Shown: piece after piece, positions 1-11,875 of the stretch | How positions within the stretch are numbered: the stretch's first letter is position 1 | Layout: every line of letters begins with the position of its first letter | NCBI GenBank assembly: GCA_963785305.1 | Contig: CAWAUV010000004.1 | Coordinates: 96,001-160,000, forward strand | DNA length: 64,000 nt | DNA from: an uncultured Planctomycetaceae bacterium | GTDB lineage: Bacteria; Planctomycetota; Planctomycetia; Pirellulales; PALSA-1355 | Reading direction: 5' to 3' | Notes under the pieces: model-generated | What the model saw: the letters and a program-made list of their open reading frames with translations, nothing else | Database searches by the model: none | What the model was told of the DNA's origin: nothing | Made by a program: the position numbers and the translations under genes

Positions 1-1407
1 TCGTAGTACAAGCAGAATTCGTAGGGATGCGGGCGCATCCGCATCGCGTCGACTTCCTTATCTCGCTTGTACCAGATCCAAGTATCGATCACGTCGGGCG
101 TGAAGACATCGCCGCGCAGCAAGAATTCGTGATCTCGCCTTAGCGCGTCGAGCGCGTCTTCGAGCGAGCCGGGAGTCTTGGGCACATCGGCCAGTTCCTC
201 GGGCGAGAGATCGTAAATGTCCTTGTCGAGCGGTTCGCCCGGGTTGATCTTGTTTTGCACTCCGTCGATCACCGCCATCAACATCGCCGAGAAGGCGAGA
301 TAAGGATTGCAACTCGGATCAGGACAGCGAAACTCGATTCGCTTGGCCTTGGGACTGGCGCTATACATGGGTATTCGGCAACTGGCCGAACGATTGCGCT
401 GCGAATAGGCCAGATTCACCGGCGCTTCGTAGCCCGGCACAAGTCGCTTGTAGCTGTTGGTCGTGGGATTCGTGAAGGCGAGAATCGCGGGCGGCGTGGC
501 GCAGAAGTCCTCCCATGGCGTGGAGGCCCATGTCGCTCAGGCCAGCGTAGCCGCCGCCGGCGAAGAGCGGATTGCCGCCCTTCCAGAGCGAGAGATGGGT
601 GTGCATGCCCGAGCCGTTGTCGCCGAAGAGCGGCTTGGGCATGAAGGTCACGGTCTTGTCGTGCCGCCGGGCCACGTTTTTGATGATGTATTTGTAGATC
701 ATCATCTGATCGGCCATCTTCACGAGATCGCAGTACTTGAGATCGATCTCGCCTTGCCCGCCGGTGGCCACTTCATGGTGCTGGGCCTCGACATCGATGC
801 CGCATTCGATCAGCGTCTGCATCATTTCGTTGCGCAGGTCCATGAGCTGATCGGCGGGCGGCACCGGGAAATAGCCCTCCTTGTAGCGGAGCTTATTGCC
901 CAGGTTGGGGCTCTCTTTCCGGCCCCGGTTCCACTGGCCCTCGATCGAATCGAGATGGTAGTAGCCTTCGTGCTGGTTCTGCTCGAAGCGGGCATCGTCG
1001 AAAATGAAGAACTCGGCCTCGGGGCCGATATAACACGTGTCGGCCACGCCGGTGCTCTTGAGATAGTTCACCGCCTTGCGGGCCACGTTCCGCGGGTTGC
1101 GCGAATAGTCCTCGCGCGTGATCGGGTCTTGGATATTGCAGATCATGACCAGCGTGGGCAGCGCGGTGAACGGATCGAGAAACGCCGTGGTCGGCTCGGG
1201 CACCACCAACATGTCGCTTTCGTTGATCGCTTGCCAACCGCGGATGCTCGACCCGTCGAACCCCAGGCCGTCTTCAAACACGTCCTCGCGGAGCTTATTG
1301 ACCGGAATCGTGAAATGCTGCCAAATGCCGGGAAAATCCATGAACCGCAGATCAACGCTCTTCACGTCTTTTTCTCGACACAACGCCAGCACTTCCTTCG
1401 GGGTCAT
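1..1407 (-). CDS. glnA: Type I glutamine synthetase (GSI-beta); frameshift near 490; last codons run off the window edge
   Basis: ORF 361..1422 has [22 protein letters not shown] and [18 protein letters not shown]. Another frame continues [20 protein letters not shown]...SQRNRSA...[17 protein letters not shown]...[11 protein letters not shown]...[12 protein letters not shown] to base 1. Start taken at ATG 1407 (MTPKEVL). Confidence 0.96.
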
Positions 1408-1464
1408 ATCCGCGCCTTTCATCGAAGTTCATCCTCGGGCCCTAAATCGCGACTCCGCAGCAGC

Positions 1465-1494
1465 ATCTTAGACAGTCGATCGCCTCCCGTGCAA
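1465..1494 (-). promoter_or_regulatory. Putative sigma70-type promoter of glnA
   Basis: Minus strand reads TTGCAC-N18-TAAGAT about 60 bp upstream of the glnA start. Confidence 0.4.
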
Positions 1495-1611
1495 TCAGGC
1501 CATCAGCGGCGCGACGGGACTGACGCTTCGAGATCGCGTCGAGCGCTCAATTGACGCGGCGCCGTCGAGGATGGCGGGAGGGCTTAATCGCAGCGCTGGC
1601 CATGTCCGCGG

Positions 1612-2067
1612 TCAGTTCGGCGGTTTCTGGCGGACTTCCAGCTCCGTGATCTTTTCGATTCGCCGGGCATGGCGACCGCCCTCGAATTCGGTCTTGAGCC
1701 AGATTTCGATCATGCGGTCGATCAATTTTTCGCCGAGCATGTCGGCCGAGAGGCAAAGCACATTGAGATTATTGTGGCGGCGGCTCATCTCGGCCGTGAG
1801 GTCATCGTGGCAGGGGGCCGTGCGCACTCCCGGAAACTTGTTGGCGGCGATGCACATGCCAATGCCAGTGCCGCAGATCAAGATGCCCCGATCGACCTCG
1901 CCCGCGCTGACCTTCGCGCCGACATGTTGGGCAATGTCCGGGTAATCAACGCAATCACCCGAAAACGGGCCCACGTCAATCACTTCTTGATGGAGTCGGG
2001 CCAAAAGCTCGATGACCTTGGCTTTGACATCGAAGCCGCGATGATCACTTCCGATCGCAATCCGCAT
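1612..2067 (-). CDS. rpiB: Ribose-5-phosphate isomerase B
   Basis: MRIAIGSDHRG, DYPD, GILICGTGIGMCIAANK, SRRHNNLNVL and FEGGRHARR motifs; intact 151 aa. Confidence 0.96.
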   Translation of the reverse strand: MRIAIGSDHRGFDVKAKVIELLARLHQEVIDVGPFSGDCVDYPDIAQHVGAKVSAGEVDRGILICGTGIGMCIAANKFPGVRTAPCHDDLTAEMSRRHNNLNVLCLSADMLGEKLIDRMIEIWLKTEFEGGRHARRIEKITELEVRQKPPN

Positions 2068-2145
2068 GGTTGTCCACTCGTGCTAGGAATTCGACTTGAC
2101 TCGTTGTGTTTGGATTCGTGGCGCCCGGAGGCACGCGGCTCGCGT

Positions 2146-3269
2146 TTACAGTTCCAGGCTGGCCACGCGCTCGACCAGCGCGGTTTTGATCTGCGCGGCC
2201 GCCCGTTGATAAAACTCCATCGGCCCGCCGATCGGATCGCTCACATCCGAATTGTTGGGACACAAAACCGCCGTGCGATTCGCGGCCTCGGGCCACTGGG
2301 CCACGATCGCCTGACGATGCGAGCGGGTCATGGTCCATATCACGTCGGCGTGGCGCACCAATTGGGCGGTGAGCGGCTGCGACTCGTGGTCCATGAGATT
2401 GAGCCCCTCGAGCTGCATCACATCGACCGCCTCGGGGCTCGGCCGAGAGCCGTTCATGGCCGAAATGCCGGCGCTCATCACCATGACGCCTCGGTCGGCC
2501 AATTCGGCCATATCGCAACCTAACCGTTGGGCGATCAATTTGCGACATAAAATTTCGGCCATCGGGCTGCGGCATGTATTGCCGGTGCAGACAAACAGCA
2601 CCATGAGACTCGCCAGCCGCGAGAGCACCGATTCCGAAACCACGCCGGGTCGCAGAATCTTGAATGACCGCTCTTCGACCCGCACGACGGTCGAAGGCTG
2701 CCCCAAGCGGCTTTGGCCATCGTTGAGCACCAAGTCCACTCGCGATCCGAGCGAGGCCAGCACTTGCTCGGCCGTCACGGCATCGGGCTGGCCGCTGATA
2801 TTGGCGCTAGTGAGCACGATCGGCCCGGCGAACATCTGCAAGATATCGAGCACCGTCTGATGCGCCGGCATGCGCAACCCGACACTCTGATGCGGCGCGA
2901 CCGCCGTGCGGCACACTGGGCGGCAAATGTTGCAGCAGGCTTTCGGGATGATGATCCTCGACCACCATCGTGATCGGCCCCGGCCAACAACGCCGCGCCA
3001 ACCGACGGCCGAGCGGGCTGAGAGCGGGCACATAGTCCAAGGCGTCGTCGGCGCTTTTGATCGCCAGCGTCAACGGCACATTGGCTGGGCGATCCTTGGC
3101 GGCCAAGAGCCTGTCGACCGCTTCGGGACACAAGGCCGAGGCCGCGAGTCCGTAGACCGTTTCCGTGGGAAGGGCCACGAGCTTGCCCTCGACAATGGCC
3201 TGCACCGCGCGGTGGACCACATCGCGTAAGTCTTCGGCGCTGACGAATATCGATCACGACCGGCGGCAT
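2146..3269 (-). CDS. tsaC: Sua5/TsaC threonylcarbamoyl-AMP synthase fused to a low-molecular-weight (YwlE-like) protein phosphatase; frameshifted
   Basis: VALPTETVYGLAA, WPGPIT (ORF 2807..3220), VGLRMP, LTSANISG and PSTVV run in frame into VCTGNTCRSPMAE...DPIGG (ORF 2146..3033). Start MPPVVIDI at 3269; frameshifts near 3250 and 2905. Confidence 0.88.
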
Positions 3270-3802
3270 GAAACGGATTTCCAGGCTAACGTCGACGAGG
3301 ACAATGCGTGCTCGCCGCAACCAAAAATTCAACCGGCCGCGATGTTCTCCGAGATGGCGCGAAGCCCGCCATGTCGAATTTCAAGGAAAGCCCGCGCCGA
3401 CGGAATCTCAAGGAATACCGCCAAACGGGGAAAATCCCCGAGAAGGATCGTCAGGCGAAAAGTTCAACAACCAGCATCGAGTTCAACAAAAAGACAGAGG
3501 ATCGTTCCACGAAAAAATCGCATGGGGCTCGGAGTGCATGGCGAGCTGGTCGAAATAAAGCGGTGTCGGATGATCTCGCTATCCGGGGGGCGAAATATGC
3601 CCGGCCGCGAACAGCGCCTCGGCGACTGCCCGCTTTTCGGGCGCTGAATCGTCGCCCGCCGCCGATTATAGTGTGCCGAACTGTCATGCGTCAAGCGCGT
3701 CGCCGTGGCGGGAATCGTCCATAAAGCATTGCAGGCACGAAACTTGTGAACTACAATGCCGCCCGAGAACCTCCCACTTTCAGACTGTCACAAGAGTCGA
3801 CC

Positions 3803-4813
3803 ATGACTACCCTTGGCGATACCATCGAGCGCCGCGCCGAACGTTTTGTCCAACGCTACGCCGCGGTGCGCGAGCAGATCGGCCGCGTGATCGTGGGACA
3901 CCACGAGATCGTCGAGGGCGTGCTCACCTGCCTGTTTGTCGGCGGGCACTGCTTGCTCGAAGGCGTGCCCGGACTCGGCAAGACACTTCTGGTGCGCACT
4001 TTGGCCAAGACCCTCAATCTCGAATTCTCCCGCATCCAGTTCACTCCCGACCTGATGCCGGCCGACATTCTCGGCACCAACATGGTGATGGAGACTCCCG
4101 ACGGCCGGCGAGCCTTTGAATTCCAGCGCGGACCGATCTTCACGCAAATCTGCCTGGCCGACGAAATCAATCGCGCCACGCCCAAGACCCAATCGGCCAT
4201 GCTCGAAACGATGCAAGAAGCCTCGGTCAGTATCGCTGGCAAGTCGCACCCGCTCCAACAGCCGTTCTTGGTGATGGCGACCCAAAACCCGATCGAGCAA
4301 GAGGGCACCTATCCGCTGCCCGAAGCGCAGCTCGATCGGTTCTTCTTCAAATTGATTGTCGGCTATTCCACGCGCGAGGAATTGGCCACGGTGGTCGATC
4401 GCACCACGCGCGGAGTGCGGGTCGAGGCCGACCGCGTGATGGATGGGCCCGAGATTTTGGAGTGGCAAGCGCTGGTGCGCGAGGTGCTGCTCGCGCCGCA
4501 TGTTCAGGATTATGTCGTGCGGCTCACCCTGGCCACGCATCCGCAAGGGCCGTTTGCCCCGCCAATCACAAATCGCTACTTGCGCTGGGGATCGAGCCCC
4601 CGCGGCGCTCAATCGCTGGCTCTCGCGGCCAAAGTGCGGGCGCTGCTCGCCGGGCGATACAATGTCGCCTTCGAGGACGTGCGGCGATCCTATGCCCCGG
4701 CGATGCGGCATCGGGTGATATTGAATTTCGAGGCGCAGGCCGAGAATATCGAACCGGATCGCGTGCTGCTTGAAATTCTCGAAAAGACTCCAGAGAAGGC
4801 GCCGGAGTCGTAG
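3803..4813 (+). CDS. moxR: MoxR-family AAA+ ATPase
   Basis: LLEGVPGLGKT (Walker A), RIQFTPDLMPADI, LADEINRATPKTQSAML and ATQNPIEQEGTYPLPEAQLDRF. Confidence 0.95.
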   Translation: MTTLGDTIERRAERFVQRYAAVREQIGRVIVGHHEIVEGVLTCLFVGGHCLLEGVPGLGKTLLVRTLAKTLNLEFSRIQFTPDLMPADILGTNMVMETPDGRRAFEFQRGPIFTQICLADEINRATPKTQSAMLETMQEASVSIAGKSHPLQQPFLVMATQNPIEQEGTYPLPEAQLDRFFFKLIVGYSTREELATVVDRTTRGVRVEADRVMDGPEILEWQALVREVLLAPHVQDYVVRLTLATHPQGPFAPPITNRYLRWGSSPRGAQSLALAAKVRALLAGRYNVAFEDVRRSYAPAMRHRVILNFEAQAENIEPDRVLLEILEKTPEKAPES

Positions 4814-4832
4814 AGCCGCCGAGGGCGACGCC

Positions 4833-6469
4833 TTACTCGGTCTTTAGATCGAGCGGTTCATCGGCTTCGAGCGAGAGCGCGAGTCCGCCGGGTTGCCGGC
4901 CACCCTTTTGGAGTTTCACGACAATCACGTTTTTGCCTTGCTTGAAGCGCACCGTGAAATGCGAGGCGCCCGGGACGAGATCGCGCTCCTTCGCGTCGTA
5001 GTGCGACAATTGTCCGTTGACCCAAAGCTTGGCGCGGCCTTCGACGCCGAGCCGCAATGTCACTGTCCGCGGCTTGGGGCTCTCGGCCACGGCAAGGAAA
5101 TAATTGGCCCAGTCGACACCCTGGGGATCGCGGTCGGAGGCGGGTCGTTCGACGACAATTGCCGGAAAGCCGAGCGAATTGCCGGTCGGTGTCAGCCGCC
5201 AGCGTTGCTCCTGGCCATCGGCGTCTTTGTAGACGGCCGCCAAATCGGGCGAGGCGAGCAACTTGTACGTCGCCTCGGGCGCGCCCGCCTTGTCGAGCTT
5301 GCCTTTCTCGGCCTCAAACGGCCCGACCACGCGAAACAGCGTGATCGGCTGCTCGCCCTTGGTAAGAGTGGCCAAATAGCCCACGAGATCGGCCACGTTT
5401 TGAGCCGCCGCCGCGCGCTCGGCTTCGGAACCCGCGGGCAGTCCGGCAAAAGCAAAGTCGGGCATCAGCGAGCGGCCGAGCGGCTTGAGCGCCGCGACTT
5501 CTCCCGCTGGCGCCCGCTCCAGCTTGCCAGCCAAATCGTTGAGCGTCACTTCGCGATCGTTTTTCTCGACCAAATATCCTGTCCGCGCTTGGCCCGATTT
5601 TTTTTCCAAAACATAAGGCACATACGCCGGCGCCACCGCTTGGGCCGGCTCGAGCACCGCGCTGAGCAATGCCCGACGATCGAGCTTGTGACCCACGATG
5701 CTCAAGTCGGGCCCCAGACCGAGGCTACCACCTGAGCCATGCACCGAGTGACAACTTTTGCAATCGAGTCCCGCGCCGAGAGACTGCCCGAGGCAAACAG
5801 GCGTTCGCCATTGGCGACGTCGGGCGTGAGCTTGAGAATTTCGTCGACCGAGGCGACGTCGGCCAACTTGGGGCCGCGCTGCTCGGGCGTCATCAAATTT
5901 TCGAACAGCCCACGCACCACGCCGCGCGGCAGCGTGGCGATCTTGGCCAAGAGGGCTGCCCGCGCCCCGGCCGGCGCCGAGCCATCGTCAAAGGCTCGCC
6001 GCACCAAGAGCACCCAGACACGGATTCCAACAACCGATCGACCAGCGCAGCGCGCACTAGCTCGGGCAATTTGTCGTCGGCAATTGTTTCGCGGATGCTT
6101 TGCCCATCGTTGAGATCGACGAGCGCAAGAATCGCCGCGGTGCGGATCGTCGGGTCGTTGTCATGGAGCAGCGAGCGGAGCGCGGCGATGGCCGCATCCG
6201 CCGAAGTGTCGGACTTCGGCGCAGTCCGGCGTCGGGGATTGCGCTTCGCGGATTGCGCTTTCGTGGTGTCCCCCCTCGGCGCTTCCGCTCGAGGCTTCGC
6301 CGCGTCAGGACTTGGCTTGGCGGTGTTCGCATCGCTCGGCGCCGCGCTGGGAGCGCGTTTCGGCCGGCTTGCCGGCGGTGTCGGGTTTCTCGCTTTGCAC
6401 GTCGGCCGATGAGAGGCAGACAAAGATCGCGATCAAACCGAAACCGAGCGAGGTGCAAAATCGAGGCAT
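4833..6469 (-). CDS. Secreted HEAT-repeat plus PVC-type c-heme (CxxCH) protein with a C-terminal beta-sandwich; frameshifted
   Basis: Signal peptide MPRFCTSLGFGLIAIFVCLSSA; HEAT-like ALRSLLHDNDPTIRTAAILAL; DVANGERLF, then GLDCKSCHSVHG...GPDLS...LLSAVLEP, read across a frameshift near 5780 (the ORF track misses CKSCH); C-terminal AKLWVNG...FKQGKNVIVVK. Confidence 0.7.
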
Positions 6470-6826
6470 CGTCGAGCGATCCTTTTCAAAGGGAAATGGT
6501 GAGCACGGGAAGCGGCCTCGAAGGGCGACTTCGCGGCACGATTCCGGGGGCAAGGCAAGGCTAGTATAAAATGCCGAAAAAGCCAGACGCAACCGTCGCA
6601 ATCGGAGGAATCGCGCGATTTTTCGGCGTCGCCGCCGGCGCTGCCGCCTCCGCGGCTTGCTTGCTCCGAGCGCGTATTCGCGGTAGCTTTGAAGGTATGG
6701 CCCAGCCGGCCGTTTGACCGACGTCGCGTCTTTTTTGGTTGCTCGTCCCGCCACACGGTCCGGCCGCCGACACGCGCCTCTCGGCGGCGCCCCCGTTTGT
6801 TTGTCCCGCCTTTGGCTCGAGCCCCC

Positions 6827-8761
6827 ATGACGCGCAATTCCCGCCTCTCGCCGCGCGTGCTGTTCTCGGCTTGCGCCGCCGCGACGTTTGCCTTCGCGCC
6901 ATTGCTTCGCGCCGCGCCCGACTTTGCGAAGAGCTACGAAACCGCCTTTCGGCCGGTGCTGGTCAAGTATTGCGTCAAGTGTCATGGCGGCGAGAAGACC
7001 GAAGCCAAACTCGATCTCGCGGCGCTCGATACCGGCGACAAGGCGGTGGCGGCGCCCTTTTGGAGCGAAGTGCTCGAACGGGTGGGCCTGCGCGAAATGC
7101 CTCCGGCCGGCGCACGACCATGAAAGACGCCGAGCGCGACGCTTTCTTTCGCTGGGCCGAGGGCGTGCTCAATAGCGATGGCGAGTGCAACAAAGTCGCC
7201 ACCGACGTGAATCAACACTTCAATCGCGGGGCCGTGATGAGCCGCCGCCTGACCCGCGCGGAATACGACAACACGATCCGCGATCTCTTGGGCCTCGATA
7301 CCCATCCGGCGGCCGCATTTCCGGCCGATGGCTCGGGCGGCGAGGGGTTCGACACCGATGGCGACTCGCTGTTTACGAACCCGATCCTCATGGAAAAGTA
7401 TCTGGCCGCGGCCGACACGATCATCGACGCCGCGATGCCCGACGAGCCCACGCATCTCGCGCCGGCAGTGGCCGCCGCTCGCGAGCGAATCCTTCGCGGC
7501 GGCGATGAACATGCCGCGCCGCGCGAACGCGCGAACCCAATTCTGCGATCCTTCGCGAGCCGCGCCTATCGCCGACCGGCCACCGACGACGATCTCGCGC
7601 CCCTGTTGCGGCTCTTCGATCGCGTGAGCGCACGGGGCGAATCCTTCATGGCTTCGCTGCGACTGGCATTCAAGGGTGTTTTGGTGTCACCGAATTTTCT
7701 ATTCCTCGTCGAGCCCGAGCCGCCGAAGACAGGCGTTTATGAACTAGGCCCGTGGCCGCTCGCCGCGCGATTGTCGTATTTTCTTTGGGCCTCGATGCCC
7801 GACGATGAACTGTTTTCCCTCGCCGCTTCGGGCGAAATCTCGAAAGCCGACACGCTTCGCGCAGACTCGGCGCATGTTGGCCAGCGAAAAGGCGCGCGGC
7901 CTGGCCGCCAACTTCTCGGTCCAATGGCTCGGGCTGGGCGCCCTGGGCGGCGCCGTGCGTCCCGACGCCGGGAAGTTTCCCGATTTCGATGACACCCTGT
8001 CCACTGCCATGCTCGGCGAACCGGTCGCGATGTTCGAGTATCTGCTGCGAAACGATCGCAGTCTCTCGGAACTGATCGACGCCGACTATGCAATGCTCAA
8101 CGAACGCCTCGCCCGGCACTATGGCGTTCCCGATATCGTGGGCCCCGAGTTTCGTCCGGTTCCGCTCAAGGATCATGTGCGTGGGGGAGTCGTGAGCATG
8201 GCGAGCGTGCTCACCGCGACCAGCCAACCGCTGCGCACGAGCCCCGTGCTGCGGGGAAAATGGGTATTGGCCGAACTTCTGGGTAGCAAAGTTCCACCGC
8301 CCCCGCCCAATGTGCCGAGTCTGCCCGACGATGACGCGCCGACCGATGGCCTCAGCCTGCGGCAACGGCTCGAGCTGCATCGCTCGCGGTCCGAATGCGG
8401 CACATGCCACTCCCGCATGGACCCCCTCGGCTTCGGGTTGGAAAACTTCGACCCGCTTGGGCGCTGGCGCGACGAAATCGCCGGTCAGCCGGTCGACGCC
8501 GCCGGTCAATTACCCAGCGGCGAACATTTTGTCGGTCCCGCCGAATTGAAGAACGTGCTCAAGAAACGCCAGCACGACATCATGAAGAATTTTTGCCGCA
8601 AGATGTTGGGCTACGCGCTCGGCCGAGAGCTGACCCGTTTCGACAACTGCGTGGTCGAGCGTTCGCTGAAAGCGCTCGCCGAAAACGACCACCGGGCCGG
8701 GATTCTCATCGAACAGATTGTGCTGAGCTTTCCGTTCAGCCACCGCTACGCCAAGAAATAG
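6827..8761 (+). CDS. Planctomycete cytochrome c / DUF1587-DUF1592-DUF1588-DUF1585 multidomain protein; frameshifted
   Basis: YCVKCHGG and REMPP; RRLTRAEYDNTIRDLLG; FASRAYRRP; LAARLSYFLWASMPDDEL; RTSPVLRGKWV; CGTCHSRMDPLGFGLENFD; YALGREL. Frameshifts near 7115 and 7860. Confidence 0.88.
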
Positions 8762-8832
8762 CCGGCGCCGCGAGGAAAAAGCCACGACATTGGCCGGCCG
8801 AAGTGTAAGATGGAGTGAGAAGGAAGAACCCA

Positions 8833-10208
8833 ATGAGCCGCAAACCTTGGCGGATTTCGCGACGCGATTTTTTGCGTGGGACCGGCGCGGCGATCGGGCT
8901 GCCGCTGCTCGACGCCATGCTCCCGGCTCGGCGCTTGATCGGCGCGAGCCCCGCGGTCGAGCCGCCGGTGCGTTTGGCGTGTCTGTTCTTTCCCAATGGC
9001 GTGTGGCAAGACGCCTGGATTCCGCGGGAGACCGGCCGCGACTACACGCTCCCGCCCTCGCTCGAACCCTTGGCCGCGCATCGCGATGAGCTGCTGGTGC
9101 TCAGCGGGCTCGACAAAGCCCAGAGTCGCGAAGGCGACGGGCACTACGCGAAGACGGCCAACTTCCTCACCGGCCTGCGAGTGGCCAAAACCACCGGCAA
9201 GCAGATTCATTGCGGCGGCGCCTCGATGGACCAGGTGGCGGCTCAGCGCATCGGCGGCGCCACGCCGCTGCCGAGCCTCGAGCTCGGCATCGACCCGGTG
9301 ATTTCGGGCATCGATAGCAATGTCGGCTACACCCGGCTCTATGGATCGTTTATTTCCTGGGAAACGGCCACGCGTCCGCTCGCCAAGGAAATCAATCCGC
9401 GATTGGCCTACGAGCGACTCTTCGGCGATTCGCTGGCCAAGCCGGCCGCCGAGAGCAACGGCGTCGCGAATCGCAAGCGCGACGACTTCCGCGGCCTGCT
9501 CGACAGCGCGCTCGACGACGCGAAGCGGCTGCGAGCCCGCGTCGGACGCGACGACCAGTTCAAGCTCGACGAGTACCTCGACTCGGTTCGGTCGGTCGAA
9601 CAGCGGATCGAATTCGCCTCGCGACCGATGGCCGGGCTTGGCAAGCCACTCCCGGCTGGCAAGATCAACCGGTCCCGCCAAGCGGCATCCCGCACGATTT
9701 TCGCGACCATGTGCGGCTGATGCTCGACATCATTCTGCTCGCTTTTTGGAGCGATTCGACGCGCATCAGCACATTTATGTTCGCCAACGACGTGTCGGGC
9801 CGCAACTTCGGCTTTCTCGAGGGGGTTCGCGGCGGGCATCACGAGATTTCGCATCATGAAAACAACTCTGAAAAGATCGAGGCATATAAGAAAATCAATC
9901 GTTGGCACTCCGAGCAGTTCGCCCAAATGCTCGATCGCATGAAAGCGATTCGCGAGGGCGAGGGCACGCTGCTCGATCATTCGCTCATGCTCTTTGGCTG
10001 CGGCATGAGCGATGGCAATCGCCACGATCCGAACAACTTGCCGATTCTGGTCGCCGGCCGCGGCGGCGGTCTCGAGCCGGGTCGCCACATCGCCAGCGAA
10101 AAAGGCACGCCGCTGTGCAACCTCTATGTGTCGCTACTCGAGCGGCTGGGAGCGCCGGTGGAAAAGTTCGGCGACAGCGCCGGGCCGCTCGCGGGCTTGG
10201 CGGGCTAG
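8833..10208 (+). CDS. DUF1552 (HXXSHH) domain protein with Tat-like signal; frameshifted
   Basis: SRRDFLRGTGAAIGLPLLDAM, FFPNG, SMDQVAA, PSLELG, KLDEYLDSVRSVE, then GHHEISHH, TLLDHS and HDPNNLP. Frameshift near 9690. Standard partner of the upstream DUF1592 gene. Confidence 0.9.
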
Positions 10209-10335
10209 TCGGGGCGATATTTTCGCCTCGCGCATTCTTTCCGCCGCCGAAATGCGTTATGATTTCGGACTGGCCTCCCTTCACTCGACCCGTTCGCGGT
10301 CGCGGTTCGATTCATTTTGGTGGGATTGTCTGGCA

Positions 10336-10776
10336 ATGCGGCAGCCCTACGCGGTTTTCTGCGGACTATTCGTGATCGCGGTTGGGTGTTCGCGCGGCGA
10401 GTTGCATGCGCATCGGCCCATGGATCCGGCCCAAAGCCGACTGCTCGAAATCGGTCGGGCCTATGGCCGGTTCAATGCGCTCCACGATCGCGGACCGCAA
10501 TCCACGGCCGACCTGAAACCGATTCTCGAACAAGACGGCGTCGGCGACGATGTATTCCTCTCGCCGCGCGACCAACAGCCCTTCGTTATCTGCTGGGGGC
10601 TCGACCTGACAGCGCCGCGGCAACCGGGGGTTCCATGGACCGCGGTGGCTTACGAAAAACTTGGCAACGAGGGTCGTCGTTTCGTGCTCACGACTCTCCG
10701 CCACGTAACCGAAGTCCCCGACGCCGAGTTTTCGCGAATCCGCTTTCCACCCGGACATAAACCCCAAGGCGGCTAG
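10336..10776 (+). CDS. Hypothetical lipoprotein
   Basis: [18 protein letters not shown] lipobox-like signal; [14 protein letters not shown]...AYEK is typical of small planctomycete lipoproteins next to DUF1559 genes. Confidence 0.65.
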   Translation: MRQPYAVFCGLFVIAVGCSRGELHAHRPMDPAQSRLLEIGRAYGRFNALHDRGPQSTADLKPILEQDGVGDDVFLSPRDQQPFVICWGLDLTAPRQPGVPWTAVAYEKLGNEGRRFVLTTLRHVTEVPDAEFSRIRFPPGHKPQGG

Positions 10777-10817
10777 ATCGCCGCCGAATCGCCAAAGTCG
10801 CGAGAAAATCTCCAATC

Positions 10818-11840
10818 ATGGCGTCGAGAATCCCATTCGTTACATGCCGTGGCGCGTTCGTGAAGCCCGATCGACGATCGCGCGAACACGGCTCGCGCTG
10901 GCAGCGCGTCGAGAGCGGCCGTGGTTTCACGCTCGTGGAACTGCTGGTCGTGATCGCGATCATTGGAGTGCTCATCGCGCTCCTGCTCCCGGCCGTGCAA
11001 GCGGCCCGCGAGGCTGCCCGGAGAACCACCTGCTCGAACAACCTCAAACAAATCGGCCTGGGCTGCCTCAACCATGTCCAAGCCTATGGCGCCTTTCCCA
11101 ACGGCGGGCGCGGCGAAACCTGTCCGCGAGCCTGGGTTGGCTCGGCGCCCGCGAAATTCGAACTGCAAACGTGGTCGTGGGGCTACCAGATCCTTCCGTT
11201 TATCGAAGAGTCGGCGCTTTATCAAATCCAAAGCGACGCGACGGTGGCGGCGACCACGATCGGCAGCTATTTTTGCCCCACCCGCAGAGGCCCCACATCG
11301 TTGGCGGGCGGCTATTGGGCCAGCACCAGCGTGCCGCGAGCCCAAGCCGACTATGCCGGCAACGGCGGAAGCTCCAGCCAAAACATCAACGCCGAATCGG
11401 CCTATGGCGATGGGCTCGACGGAATCATCGTCGTGCAAGGCTCGCAGATCGTGGGTCTAAAAAACGTGACCGATGGCACGAGCAAGACGATTCTCATCGG
11501 CGAAAAGCATATCAACTACCCTTACTGCACCACGGACCAGCAGCCCGACGACAACGATGGTTATGTCGGCGGCTATCAAGACGATGTGGTGCGATTCGGC
11601 GTCGCCTCGACCTCCTACGGCCCGTTGGTTCCCACGTTCGACATGCTCGGGCCGCAATACACGAGCGCGACATTGTATCCCACGATCTGGGACTTCGGCT
11701 CCTCGCATTCCACGATCGTGCAATTCGTGCTTTGCGATGGCTCGGTGCAAGGCATCGGCTACGAGATCGATCCACTCACGTTTCAATACAGTTGCTCGCG
11801 CAACGATAATCAAACGGTCAATTTCTCCGGCTCGAACTGA
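10818..11840 (+). CDS. DUF1559 prepilin-type N-terminal cleavage/methylation protein
   Basis: [65 protein letters not shown] and C-terminal H-X9-DG ([15 protein letters not shown]). Confidence 0.95.
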   Translation: MASRIPFVTCRGAFVKPDRRSREHGSRWQRVESGRGFTLVELLVVIAIIGVLIALLLPAVQAAREAARRTTCSNNLKQIGLGCLNHVQAYGAFPNGGRGETCPRAWVGSAPAKFELQTWSWGYQILPFIEESALYQIQSDATVAATTIGSYFCPTRRGPTSLAGGYWASTSVPRAQADYAGNGGSSSQNINAESAYGDGLDGIIVVQGSQIVGLKNVTDGTSKTILIGEKHINYPYCTTDQQPDDNDGYVGGYQDDVVRFGVASTSYGPLVPTFDMLGPQYTSATLYPTIWDFGSSHSTIVQFVLCDGSVQGIGYEIDPLTFQYSCSRNDNQTVNFSGSN

Positions 11841-11875
11841 TCGCCGCGCAAAGCCGCGGGCCACGCCGCGCTCTT

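Noticed and set aside
10290..10325. tRNA T-loop-like GGTTCGATTC
   Set aside because: No flanking T-stem, acceptor stem or cloverleaf.
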